NCBI RefSeq assembly: GCF_006345805.1
Contig: NC_042998.1
Span: 107,880,001 to 107,944,000, forward strand
DNA length: 64,000 nucleotides
Reading direction: 5' to 3'
From: Octopus sinensis
Taxonomy: Eukaryota
Both the position numbers and the translations under genes were made by a program. This document shows positions 12,201 to 24,794 of the stretch, in pieces (positions within the stretch are counted from its first letter, which is position 1; the number at the start of each line of letters is the position of its first letter). A model generated the notes under the pieces. The model worked only from the letters and a program-made list of their open reading frames with translations, was not told the origin of the DNA and did not search any database.

Positions 12201-13242
12201 TCCCAGGTTTTGTTTTCTTTGTTTTTTCGGGGGCATACAGCTGGTTTCAATTGCCCTAGCAGAAGCGTAAATAATTTCATTTAACTCAGTAAAATCAGGT
12301 TTTAATTCTCGTATTATTTCATTTGTTACATAGTTGCCAATTTGGATTTGTTTTTTATTTTGGTTTGTATTTGAGAGTTTATGAAGTGGTTCTCTATCAT
12401 TCATACTTGTATGTCTTACAACTTCAAGCGTATTCAGGATTTTCTGCCTCATATCTGCCATAGACTCTCCGTGTTCTTCAGCAAATGCGAGATCTTCAGT
12501 TACTGTTGTTTTTTCGTTTTCCTGGCTATCTTTAACAGGTACAATAGAATTTCTTGTATCTTCAGGCCTTTGCGTACTTTGGTCAGATGGCAGTCTTTCA
12601 ATTAAGCCTCGTGGCGGGCTATACTGTTCATCTGATTCTTCATTTCCTTTGTGTCTTATATTTATGTCATTTTCCGTTGCGTGCTTGATCGCGCTTATTT
12701 CACTGTCTGTGAGTCTGTTATTTCTAAGGATATCCCTCCTCACATTTGCTAATTTGTTCTCGTCCAAATAGGGCCTACTGTCTTGATTCCGTGTTCTCCA
12801 TATACTGTAAGAGTTTGCGGTGTGTCTCTCTTGAGATGGCCTACCTAATGCATAGTAATAAGCGTATATTACTTCTTTATACTCTTCTCGGGTCCATTTG
12901 TTCCGCTTACATTTTTCTTTCTGTGGTGGTTGTGGTGGTGAACTTGGAGGGCTTGAGTTGGGGGATTTCCCGTTCAAGTGACCATCCATGTCCGTATTCG
13001 GAGAAGAGTTTGTGCCAGTTGATGACTTTTCGATCCCAGGCTGGCTCTTCCCTGGGGGACGCGCTTCCAGATTAACCATAGGACAAGCGATTTGGTATAC
13101 TGATTTAGTTTTCCTTTTAGTTTCCAAAAACATTTTGGTGCTACGATAATGTTATCATTTTTTAGCTTTGATTGGCTCGTGGGGAGACGGCCATCATTGC
13201 CGTTACAATTATAATCGTACCATTATAGCAGCCGTATTCGGC
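9270..13242 (-). mobile_element. Near full-length R4/Dong-type non-LTR retrotransposon (RT plus restriction-like endonuclease)
   Basis: Single long ORF with RT motifs, CCHC knuckle and PD-D endonuclease. A-rich 3' end joined to (TAA)n; 5' end adjoins TTA-rich sequence. Confidence 0.85.
9445..13133 (-). pseudogene. R4/Dong ORF with two nonsense codons (11307-11309, 10369-10371) and one frameshift (about 10505)
   Basis: KWTREEYKEVIYAYY; QPITCLSTTYKIL; IDYKKAFDS; GIFQGDSLSP; YMDDLKLY; YKYLG; CRFCNDMIETVDHLISGC; KPDIVV..LIDMSIP; KLRKYKDL. Confidence 0.88.
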
Positions 13243-13350
13243 TTATTATTGTTATTATCATCACTATTATTATCACTATCATCATTATCACCACCATTAC
13301 CATCATCATTATCATCATCACCATCACCATCACCACCATCATCATCAATG
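13243..13350. repeat. Degenerate TTA/CAT/CAC low-complexity tract
   Basis: Directly visible. A similar shorter tract lies at about 13600-13660. Confidence 0.85.
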
Positions 13351-13748
13351 ATATTGTTTTATGTGTAGTCACAGCAGTATCTTATTATTGTTATTTTTGT
13401 TTTTTTATCATTATCACCATCACAATAGTGTCTGTCTGTCTCCTTGGCTGGCTTGGTGGTTGGCTGGCTGACTGTCTTCAATGCCAGAGTTCTTGCCTGT
13501 CAAATAATACTTTCATATTTGGTTAACAATAGAGCCTAGGTGAGGTTTGTGTTGGTTGAACTCTTTGAGTGTATGTGTGTGTGTAGATAGATAGATAGAT
13601 TATCAGCACTATTACTATCATTATTATCATCATCACCATCATCACCATCACCATCAGTGATATTTAAAAAATTTTTTTTTTTAGGTGGGGTCCTATTGGT
13701 CAAAAAAAGTTCAGATGTTTACTACTATTAGGCTTAAGAAAAATTAAG

Positions 13749-15112
13749 GAAGGGCTGTTCTGTATTGTTTGTGAATAGAGTGTTTGACCAGAGAGAATCT
13801 TAGCATCATCATTTTTTTTTTTTTTTTCCCATGTGTTATTGCAATAAAAAGTGTTTGTATATTTCGTGTAAGGTAATATTGTGGAGGTTGAAGTTGACTT
13901 TTCTAGAGATGTTTGTATGTCCAGTTAGAAGAACAGGTGTGTTTTTACAATAAAAAGTATATGTTGCCGGTGACACGTAAAAGCACCGTTCGTTCGTGGC
14001 CGTTGGCACGTAAAAGCACCATCCGTTCGTGGCCATTTGCCAGCTCTGTCTGGCCCCGTGTCGGTGGCACGTAAAAGCACCATCCGTCCATGTCCGTTGC
14101 CAGCCTCGGCTGGCCCCCGTGCCGGTGACACGTAAAAGCACCGTCCGCTCGTGGCCGTTTGCCAGCTCTGTCTGGCAACCGTGTCGGTGGCACGTAAAAG
14201 CACCATCTGTTCACGTCCGTTGCCAGCCTTGGCTGGCCCCCGTGCCGGTGACACGTAAAAGCACCGTCCGCTCGTGGCCGTTTGCCAGCTCTGTCTGGCA
14301 ACCGTGTCGGTGGCACGTAAAAGCACCATCCGTTCGCATCCGTTGCCAGCCTCAGCTGGCCCCTGTGCCGGTGACACGTAAAAGCACCGTCCGTTCGTGG
14401 CCGGTTGCCAGCTCTGTCTGGCCCCGTGTCGGTGGCACGTAAAAGCACCATCCGTTCGTGTCCGTTGCCAGCATCGCCTGGCCCCGAGCCGGTGACACGT
14501 AAAAGCACCATCCGTTCGTGGCCGTTCACCAGCTCTGTCTGGCACCTGTGCAGGTGGCACGTAAAAAACACCCACTACACTCGCGGAGTGGTTGGCGTTA
14601 GGAAGGGCATCCAGTCGTAGAAACACTGCCAGATCTGACTGGGCCTGACGAAGCCTTCCAGCTTCACAGACCCCAGTTGACCCGTCCAACCCATGCTAGC
14701 ATGGAAAACGGACGCTAAACGATGATGATGATGATGATTCAGGGAGGAAGCAAAGAAAAGTCAGATTTTCATAGAAAGTTTTAGGGTTTTGTAAGTCCAC
14801 AAAAAGAAAAGCATGATGTTTTTAGAGAGAAGAAAAAAAAAAAAGGATGTTTACAGAGGCAATTGTGGGTATCAAAGTTTTTAAAGCTGGTCGAATGTAT
14901 GATTGAAAACTGTAGATATGGAAATTTGTAAATTTTCTTAACTTATTTTGAAGGGCTGTTCTGTATTATTTGTGAATAGAGAAGCTGTGTTCGACCAGAG
15001 AGAATCTTAGCATCATTATTTTTTCCATGTGCGTTTGTGTTATTGCAATAAAAAGTGTTTGTATATTTCATGCTTATTTTGAAGGGCTGTTCTGTATTAT
15101 TTGTGAATAGAG
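13749..15112 (+). repeat. Local diverged direct duplication: 13749-13868, 14950-15069 and partial third copy 15073-15112
   Basis: gaagggctgttctgtatt.tttgtgaatagag...gaccagagagaatcttagcatcat...gtgttattgcaataaaaagtgtttgtatatttc is repeated. Confidence 0.8.
13969..14738 (+). mobile_element. Young RTE 3' UTR: tandem array of 60-62-bp modules (alternating A/B) plus terminal stem-loop and (GAT)n
   Basis: Module starts at 14063, 14124, 14186, 14247, 14309, 14370, 14431, 14491 and 14553. The units at 14124 and 14247 are identical. The same modules follow the RT ORF at 46100-46420. Confidence 0.9.
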
Positions 15113-15739
15113 ATATTATTATTATTATTATTATTATTCATGTCACTGGCTGGAATCCCAGAATTCCAAGTTCGATTCTAGCCAGTGACTTGAACAACAA
15201 CAACAACATGATGAGAAGTGCTTCTAATATATTCCTAATCCTTCGTCTAGAACCAGACTGGGAGACTTCACCATTGCTGCGATGCCAAATTTGCAATCAT
15301 CTGATAAATGATTTCTTACATTATTTCAAAACTATCATTTTTGAGAAACATTTATACTTTGTATGAGAAATGCTGAAAAAGAAGTTCTGATTGTGAATTG
15401 AAGAAGTAGGTATGGAATTTGTTTGTCAAAAGTATATGGTAGAACACAAAAATAAAAAATTAAAAAGAAAAACAAACATTTCTCTAAGAAAACTTCCATC
15501 AATGATTTACTTCTGTAAGGAGTATTTATAGCAATCTTTGACAAGTACATAACAATGAAAGTTATCATATATATATATACACACATATACATACACACAC
15601 ACACACACACACACATGTATATATACATACATATACATACACACACAAATATATTAACTCAATATATAATTGTTGTAATATATACTTAATTGTACCTATA
15701 GTCAACTTAATAAATCCAAAAAGAAATACTTATATGGAA

Positions 15740-15775
<36 letters not shown>

Positions 15776-15869
15776 TTATTTATTTACACAAACACATATG
15801 CATACACAGTCATATAAGAGATGGCTGTAGAGTGTTTGTGTTCCTGAAGAGTAAATGACACAACTAACA

Positions 15870-16061
15870 CATAATACCTATATATATATGTACATTGAAT
15901 ATATATATATATTATAAAAATACATGTATAAATATATGTATATATTTTTTAAATGATATATGTTTATATATAAATGTGTGTGTGTATATATATATAAATA
16001 TAAATTATATATATATGTGTGTGTGTGTATGCATATATATATGTGTGTGTTTATATATATA

Positions 16062-16092
<31 letters not shown>

Positions 16093-16201
16093 ATGTATAT
16101 ATATATATGTATATATATATATATCTTTATATATATCTTTATATATATATATATTTATTTATATATATATTATTTATATATATATATATATATTACTAAT
16201 T

Positions 16202-16249
<48 letters not shown>

Positions 16250-16260
16250 ATATATTATTA
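15870..16260. repeat. Long interrupted (TA)n/(TG)n microsatellite; a TA/CA tract also lies at 15560-15800
   Basis: Directly visible. Confidence 0.95.
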
Positions 16261-17899
16261 GTTATGATATCAGTTATGTTATTAATATTAGTATTAGCTG
16301 TAGCATCTAGATCCTGTCTTAAGTTAGTGTTGTTGTTAAGATCGAGACTTCTTCATTATACTCTTGTGTATTGATCTATGTCTTTCGTGGGCTATGGGTT
16401 CTGGGTCTCTGCAAGTAGAAATAGGTTTGTTAAAATAATGTAGAAATAAAGTAACTTTTTACAGAAAGTAATAAATCAACAGGAAAAAAAAAATCCAAGT
16501 AACAGTAAGTGACATTAAAGAGTCCAAAGAAATTAAACAATGAGAGTGATAAGATGGTTTAGAGGTAGCCAACAATGTAAGTGTCTTCTAACTATTTTGA
16601 CAAAAGCCTATAGTAAGTTATATAACATCTCAGCAACCAATACTCATTGGTTTTGTGGCAATGTTTCTGAAATTTCTAGACATATCTGTTCCTGAAGTAG
16701 TAATTTAAATACATAAATCCAGTATATTTGGCTCAGTCTAATTGATTTATGATATTTGATTATATCTTTCCAGATTCTTCTTTAGATCCCAATACTATTT
16801 ACTATAGGAAATATCCAATCAGAATAGAGTGATTTTTATTAATAATCTGTGCTGATTAATTTGACTAACTTTTTCACTGAGATGTTTCTTGTGAAAATAA
16901 ATCAATATTTTAGTTGTAGTCTTTTTGTTCTGATTGAGCAGACATATCAATTGTATTCCAGCTGTGACCAGCTTATCTTTCAGTATAACAGAGTCCTTAT
17001 AATTTAATGTCAACTTCTTAATTTATTTAATGTCAACTTCTTAATTTAGGATAGCAAGGTGTGATTTAGTAGAGATTTGGCTACTATATTTTGCAGATTG
17101 AATGACTGCTTAGAAACTTCCTGGTTAACTTGACTAATACTTTATTTTTAGCTGTATATACTGTAAACATTTTGAAATCAGAATATACAAGGAAGTTTTA
17201 GTGGTGTCTAAAATGTCCTTGAAAGCTGAATTCATCTAACAGTTCTAGCTCTATTTAAGGTACAACTCTTTTCATATAACTTACATAGTACTACATTATT
17301 CTCTATAACATACTTTTAAGTGTGAGTTATATAAGTTCTCCAGTGCTACTCGGCCTAACACAATCATCTAAAGACATTTTACAGCTACCCTTATTACTAA
17401 ATTTGCTTGCAATGATTATGCACATTTGCTTTGCATTATGCAAACACATGATTAGACGAATTCCCCAGAAACACTTATATTAGTCAGGCTAATCAAATAT
17501 TTGCATTTAGTGGCCTGTGTTAGCATAACCAACAAATTCTAATGTTAATGCCAACCATTTGTGGCATGGAATACTGTGTGAATTTAAGTCAATTCTACTG
17601 CACTCAAAGATTGACTGCTATCTTTCATTATCCTTAATCAACATTGCATGCAGTCCTTACATGTAACAGGTTCTCTTGTCTGGTCTCCCTCATTAAAACA
17701 TGGATCCATATTCATATCAGCTTGTGCAGCTTGTACAATGATGTTAACAAGAATAATCACAAATTTCAAAAAAATTAATTTCACTCATTGAATGGATTCT
17801 CCATGAAATGGATGCTTGTGGCCATTACCCTTTCTGCCCCACTTTCTGTATTCCACTGGTTTTCTTTGACTTCAATATATATATACATTTGGCAGTTTC

Positions 17900-18110
17900 T
17901 GTAGCATAAGTGTGGCTGTGCAGTTAAGAAATTTGCTTCAGAACCATGGGGCCTGGTCCCACTGCATGAATGTTGTCAGCTAATGTTGTATACTACAGCT
18001 GTGGGTTGACCAATATTTTGTGGATGAAATTGGTAGACAATAACTGAAGAAGTTTGTCAGAAGTATGTGTGTGTGTGGGCATGCATATGCATGTGTGTGT
18101 GCATGTTTTT
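17900..18110 (+). mobile_element. Degenerate SINE family A
   Basis: gtggctgtgcagttaagaa...gtcccactgc...gaccaatattttgtggatgaaattggtagacaataactgaagaag. Confidence 0.6.
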
Positions 18111-18639
18111 GTGTTGGTGATTTTGTATTTCTGTGTTTTTTGTGTTTACTGATTATAAACAAAACACCAAGCTCCCTATTAACATAAGCAGTGGCATAGT
18201 ACAACTGAACTTCTTGACATGTTTTGAAATGTTATGCATTCTTAACAAATATGCCTGTGTTGTTTATTGGTCAGTAAACCTTACTTGGAAATGGGTGAAG
18301 GTCAATGACAGGAAAGGCATCAAGCTATAGAAAATCTGCCTTGACAAATTCCATCTGACCCAGGCAAGCAAGGAAAAGTGGTTGTTAAAACAATGATGAT
18401 GATGGTGATAATGATTAATTTACTTTACTTATACTGTTAAGGCTTGTAAGAAAGGCATAAATGTTATAAATTCCCTTTTCTTCACATCCTTTTTTTAGAG
18501 CTTTGGTAATATATGCATAGAAAGTATTTCAAAGCATGAATGAGTCAAGTAATTAAGCTGAAAACTAAGATTTAATTAGTTTTCTAAGATTTTAATCTTC
18601 ATCAGCAGCAGAAATCATTTAGAAACAAATTAGTCTCTA

Positions 18640-18812
18640 AAAAGCCAGTAGTGCTGGCAAAGAGCTCCTTCAAATGTAGTCGCTGCATGCAAGACTGCCA
18701 CTCTTATGAGGGCCTCTACAGTCACAACAGATGCTGCACTACCATCAGCAGCTGACACAATTTCTTTGGGCACAGATCCATGGCCTCTTGAGACTGATGG
18801 ATGCCTACTACT
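18640..18812 (+). mobile_element. 3' end of a second RTE-type LINE with C-terminal zinc finger
   Basis: Translates SFKCSRCMQDCHSYEGLYSHNRCC then stop, followed by ccatggcctcttgagactgatggatgcctactact. Confidence 0.6.
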
Positions 18813-18902
18813 CTCTGATTTGGTTTGTTTTAAACTTTTTAGACTTTTCTTTTGATCACTTGATTCTTAGGGTAGCTTCTCAAGAAATGTTTTTCTTATT
18901 AT

Positions 18903-19272
18903 AGGTGTAGGAGTGGCTGTGTGGTAAGTAGCTTGCTTACGAACCACATTGTTCCAGGTTCAGTCCCACTGCGTGGAACCTTGGGAAAGTGTCTTCTACT
19001 ATAGCCTTAGGCTGACCAAAGCGTTGTGAGTGGATTTGGTAGACGGAAACTGAAAGAAGCCTGTCATATATATATATATATATGTATGTATTTGTGTGTG
19101 TGTATGTTTGTGTGTCTGTGTTTGCCCCCACCCCCAACATCGATTGACAACCGATGCTGGTGTGTTTATGTCCCTGTAACTTAGCAGTTTGGCAAAAGAG
19201 ACCGATAGAATAAGTACTAGGCTTACAAAGATTAAGTCCTGGGGTTAATTTGCTTGAAACAAGTAAAAGAGT
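18903..19272 (+). mobile_element. SINE family A, near full length
   Basis: A and B boxes, central core and aagtaaaagag tail. Confidence 0.85.
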
Positions 19273-19509
19273 TTCCTTTTCTTTTGTATTTCACAATATA
19301 CTGAATTATTATTCTAGGCTGTTTTGCTGCTGGTTGCCTGCTGCCTTGTTGAGAGTGACTTATGACCTATAACAATTTGTTTTTCAGTTATAGCAATCTT
19401 AAGTCATTTATGCTGTTGATAACAAAACACTGCCACTTTTGGTTTTTCATTGATTAGAAGTTCTTATCAGTAAATAAGCAACTTATTATATAACACACAT
19501 CATAAGTAA

Positions 19510-19670
19510 AAGTGTAGTTGGGTGGTAAAGAGTTTAACTTCATAATCACTGGGTTCTAGGTTCAATCCTGTTGTGTAGAACTTTGAGCAAACGATATACT
19601 ATAACCTTAGATTAACTTAAACCTTGTAAGTGGAATTGGACAGACAGAAAGTGGGCAGAAGCCCACCATA
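19510..19670 (+). mobile_element. Highly degenerate SINE family A
   Basis: ggttcaatcc..ctttgagcaa..ccttgtaagtggaattggacagacagaaag..agaagccc. Confidence 0.5.
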
Positions 19671-20812
19671 TAGACTGTCTTCTTCTTGATTGGAGAATTA
19701 ATCTGATGCTTGACCCTTGAATGCTTTTAATAGGGTCTAAATATTCATACCAAGTCCTCAGTTTCTTGATATGCTGATTCTTATTGTAGAGTTCTGGTTT
19801 CCACAATCAGTTTTGGAAACCCTACAAAAGATCATTAGCATTGCCCTTCATCCTTAGACTTAAGCCATAAAGAAAGAAAAATAAAACTTGAATGTAAGGT
19901 AAATATTTCACTTTCATTTGTTCATCATAGTCATTGTCGGTTCAGACATCAGAGTGGCAAAAGGTAATGAATTACTGGTTAAAAGTAATAATACTAAATC
20001 ATACTTTGAAGGAGCATTTCATATGTGTGTATTGCAACAGTATCTGACCTATCTATCAATACTAATATTATATATTTACATTATCATCCACAGATGTTGG
20101 CTAAGGAAATTGTCATATTTTTTCCTCAACTTCACAAATATATAAAAATAATTTTTACAAATGACTTGTTTTTTTCCATCAAAATTCTCAAGTTAATTTT
20201 CTGAATTCATTTTCTGATAACATTAATGTCACAAGTTTTCAAAAAACGTCTATCAATATTTGCTTTGTAATTTAAAATTAGCTCTGATGCTGCATCAATA
20301 ATCTAATCAAAGCACAAGTAATATTTTAGGAGTTAAAGGTCACTCCAGTAGCTTTCATATGACAGTTTCATGAATCTATATTATTATGCTTTAGTACATT
20401 CATTAAATAGGATTTTTTTTAGTACATTGATCAATCTTATATAATTACAGAGTAAACAATTATAGAAATTTCTTTTGAAATTTTTTTACTGTCTTTCTCA
20501 CACTGACCTAAAAGTGATTGATACTGCAAAAATAGATTAATTCTTGGTTTTCAGGGATATTTCCTGAAGGTTAGTATACGATACTATACTACTGTTTGAA
20601 ATATAAGACACTGAGGTTAATTACACAAAAATTCCACCCATAATAGTAAAGTTCATATTAAAATGTATAATTGAGTTGAGCATAAGAATAATTATACTGT
20701 GAGGAAATGAAAACATGAAGTTGTTTCCTTCCGGTCACTGTATAATTATTTAAAATCATATTTTTGATACTGACTGTATTAAATACATTAATACTGATTT
20801 AACCTATGAGGT

Positions 20813-21712
20813 TATGAGGTGGTATCAAGAAATTTCCTGACTAGTCGTGTTTAATAAAAAAATAACTTATTCACCTAAATTTTAACATCATATCCTTCAA
20901 AATAGTCATCTTGCACAGCAATACACCAGTCCCAGTGTTTCTACCACTTTTGGAATCTGGCCTGGAAGTCGTTTTCCATAAGTGAGTTGAGGACCTTCTG
21001 TAATTCACTCTGGATCTTGACAATGGTGTTAAAATGGCAACCTTTGAGCTGCATTTTCACCTTGGGAAAAAGATGGAAGTCTGAAGGTGCTAAATCTGGT
21101 GAATAGGGTGGGTGCGGAAGTGATACCATGTTTTTGGTGAGAAACTCACAAGTGAGGAGAGCTTGGTGATGGGGTGTATTGTCATCATGAAGAATCCAAT
21201 TCTTCACAGATGTTAGGATTGCCTGCACAGAGCCATATGGCAGACCAACAACACCAGCAATGTCACTGATAGTCCTCCGATGGTTCTCATGCACAAGCTG
21301 ATGAATTTTCTCCACATTTGTGGGGGAAATGCCCATGGCAGGTCTCCCAGATCACTCATAATCTTCCAGGGGTGTGCTTCTGCTTTAGAAGCACCCATAC
21401 CACTTGATATATTGTGTATGGTTCATTGCCTCATTGCCATAAGCTTGCCAAAGCATGCTCAGTGTCTCTGTAGCAGACTTCCCAAGTTTAATGCAAAATT
21501 CTACATTGGCTCTTTGTTCCAACTTCCTGTCTATGACAAAAATCACAGGCTACAGCATACAACTTTCACAGCTTGCAAAGTAAACACAGCAATGTCACAT
21601 GGCATACTGCCTCATGAAGGTCACTGCTAGTTCTCACTGTGCATGCAACCATGTGCTGCCTTCTGTTGGTGCACTACAAAACTAGCTCAGGAACTTTTTG
21701 ATACCACCAGTA
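20813..21712 (-). mobile_element. Internally deleted mariner DNA transposon
   Basis: Imperfect ~30-bp TIRs (tatgaggtggtatcaagaaatttcctgactag / ctagctcaggaactttttgataccaccagta). Peptide with HTH fragment joined directly to WILHDDN and HPPYSPDLAPSDFHLF. Confidence 0.88.
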
Positions 21713-24389
21713 TATGGCCAGTTTACACTATTCACCTGCAACATTTGCTTCATATTCTGCCAGAAAAACATTTTGGCTTTACTCAATAAGGTCTGATTGC
21801 AGTTGAATCAAGGACAGAAGGAAAATTAGATCTGGCTATAGTTTTATAAGAAATTTTCTATCCTTGAAAATGGATAGTCTGCATGATTTACACACAAACA
21901 CACGTGTGTGTGTGTGTTTACCCACTTATCTTCATTTACTGTAGATTGAATCTTTACTCCCTTTATTAAACTTATCTTAATTTTGGTTATGCTAGTCATT
22001 ACTTGTTCCACACACAATAACATTATCATTATAAGGAAATGATACATTTAGATGCTAAACTGTAATTATATTATAAATTATTTTTTGAAAATCTGCTATG
22101 GCATTCTTCAACCCAAAAGACAGTTTACAATACTGATATTGCTCATCTCTTTTGGAATAAAATTGACTAGAATAGTATCAGCTTTACAATTTTTAAAAAT
22201 ACCCTTCAAAATTTGAGGAGTGGTCAGACCATAAATTGAGACTGTAGATAAAGTTCAATTGTATTTTATCTCCACACCTTTGAGGAGAGGCACCAAACTT
22301 CATCCCAACATTTATCAATGGATGTTACCGATGACTATTTTAATACTTTTGCTTGTAGTATTGCATCATGTAAGCTTGAGATCATTATTTTCAAGTAATC
22401 TTTGAAGTGCATCATTCTGTTGGAATCAAATTATAAGGGCATCCTGACTGCCTTCTTCAGTGGTACACATCTCAGTTTAATATCACAAGGCATGAATAAA
22501 GTTTATGATGAAATCTCATACTTGCTATTTACAAATTGCCACAAAGTGGCTGACAAAAGCTATATTTTCTGGTTTAGTATAGAAAGACACAAGTTTATTA
22601 AAGCAACGAGGAAGGGTGTTATATAAGGCAACTACCTTTCTGATGCAATATACTCATAGAAGTTTGCAGAAATTTAGTTTAATTATAAGAGTTTTTTATC
22701 TTCTTTTGATATGGTGACCTTGATTAAAAAACTTTGAAAATGCAATACCAATATGACTGCTATTTTCTTTTTTTAACTATTTGGATCTGAAGGAAGGGGC
22801 AGTGCCTATGATCTTTGTAGATCTCCAAGATAGATGAGTTTGAAACTGTTAATGTTCTGCTAAAATATCATATGTCAATATCTGCAAGAAAGACATGGAT
22901 AGAGAAAAGAATCCAGAGGACCATTGTTCCTGGGGTGGAGGGACTGAGTAGAGGGGTTAGGGTGAAGTAGATCTTTCAAATCATACATAATAATATCAAA
23001 TAATTTTGGCTGTAATCTACCCAGCTAGCTGGAAGCATTTATCTGTTTCAATGTATTTGTTGCTTCCCTTTTCTATGCAAGATATGCCACTCAATAGTGA
23101 TATATAAACTTCTACAATAATGCTACATTTTTTGTTCTATATTGTTTGTCTCAAAGAATACTTCACATTTTTAGTACCCATAACAACAACAGTAATAACT
23201 GTAATGGTAATAATAGCAGAGTTGTAATAGTTATAGTAACGACAATTGTAAAGTTGTCTCTATGAATCTTTCTGAGGATTACAAAAATTTCTGAACACAT
23301 TGTGTAGATAAGAAATACTTCCATAAGATTAGTTCAGTGATGTTATTCCTTTTTATTTAACATTGTACTAATAGTCATATGACATGCATATACACGACAA
23401 AGTTCACATTTCACCACAGTTTGTAATGTTAGAAAGTTAATCTGATGTTTAAAAGGAGCCATCAAATAATATTGTAGATGCTAAATTTATTTTTTTGCAA
23501 TTCATTATCAAATTAATCTACATATTCATGTGTATTAGATACTAGATATTAGAAATTTCTAGATACTAGAAATTAGATATTAGAATCAATTCATACTAAA
23601 GTTAATTTTAATTGGATTTATCATGTAAAAATAAAAAAGTCATACAATATTTGGCAGGACACACAATATTTAATTTAAACTAAAATTTAGGAATAAAACG
23701 GTTCAGTTAAACTATTTATTAATGTTAGTGCTATGAGTTGTATTATGAAGGGAAAAGAAAACTTTTAAGATAACAATGAAAAAAAAAAAAGGGCATGAGT
23801 AATTTAACTACACCCAATTGTCACCTGATTCACTATTTTCTTTAATTCTCACTATGTAATTGGGTCACAATGAAGAAGGTAAAACTGCAGTGTAAATACC
23901 ACCATAATTATTTCATTACTGTTTTGAAGGGGCCAGACAGGACAGCAGTAGTGATACAATATGAATGTATTTTAGGAACAATAAATTTAGGAAAGAGGGT
24001 GTTAATAGTGACAAACTAATTCATATTTCACATATTGTTTTTCTTTTGTAAATTAGCTTAATCCTTTTATGAAAGAGCTAAAATGTTAATTTGACAAAAT
24101 GTGAGGCTTTATCTTGCTCACTTGTCTACTAATGAGAACAAGCTCTATCTATTTCAAACAAAGATATTCTCTAAACAAGAAATAATGTAACTTAAGGCAT
24201 TTAATATTTTAGAATAATTAAACAGCTGAACAAATTACATGAACCAATTTTTACAAAAATCTACCAGATGGGTTGAAGTGTTTTTATATACTGTAGAGAG
24301 AATTCTGTATAGTGTAGGTGAAGTTCTACATGATGGTAGTTGTCATAAATGGAATAGTGCTGCTCATGTAATGTCCACTTTTCCATGAT

Positions 24390-24775
24390 TTCATGGATCA
24401 AATAGAATTTGTTGAGGCAGATTTTCTATGGTTTTTCTGTTGCTAACCCTGAGCTGTTTCTAAGTAAGGCAATATTTCCCCATGGCTTGGAGCCTGGATA
24501 TATCTTCATGGTAGACAGGAAATGAAGGACACTGCTTGTATGACAGTGATGCTTGTTTACAAGTGTCATGTGATGCCAAGATAAGGAGACATGATCACAA
24601 ACACATGCACATATCATTAGGCTTCTTTCAGTTTCCATCTACCTAGTACACCCATGAGGCTTTGGTCAGTCTGAGACTATAGCAGAAGATATTTAGCCAA
24701 GGTAATACACAGTGGGACTGAACCTGAAATCTCATGGTTGTGAATTAGACTTTTTAACCACATTCATGCCTGCAC
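24390..24775 (-). mobile_element. Degenerate SINE family A (24570-24775) joined to a degenerate LINE-type tail
   Basis: ggcttctttcagtttccatctacc...cagtgggactgaacc on the plus strand. Confidence 0.55.
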
Positions 24776-24794
24776 CTTAATAAATTACATAGCG

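Noticed and set aside
13145-13242. HDV-like ribozyme at the R4 5' end
   Set aside because: A P3/L3-like CGU-CUCCCC-ACG is present, but P1 is only 4 bp and the GG needed for P1.1 is missing.
14063-14185. Assigning the RTE module to HDV-like, twister, pistol or hatchet ribozymes
   Set aside because: There is surface resemblance (GCC..GGC then P1 then GG, as in HDV), but no P2 partner or J4/2 cytosine, and the twister and pistol core motifs are absent.
13969-14575. CRISPR array, or protein-coding repeat ORFs (13925-14689, 13945-14571, 14029-14442)
   Set aside because: No unique spacers and no cas genes in a eukaryotic context. The units belong to the RTE 3' UTR, and the ORFs stay open only because the repeat is GC-rich.
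15895-16374. 159-aa IY-rich ORF and similar HT/CV/SL/II ORFs across the window
   Set aside because: They are translations of (TA)n, (CA)n, (GA)n and (ATT)n microsatellites.
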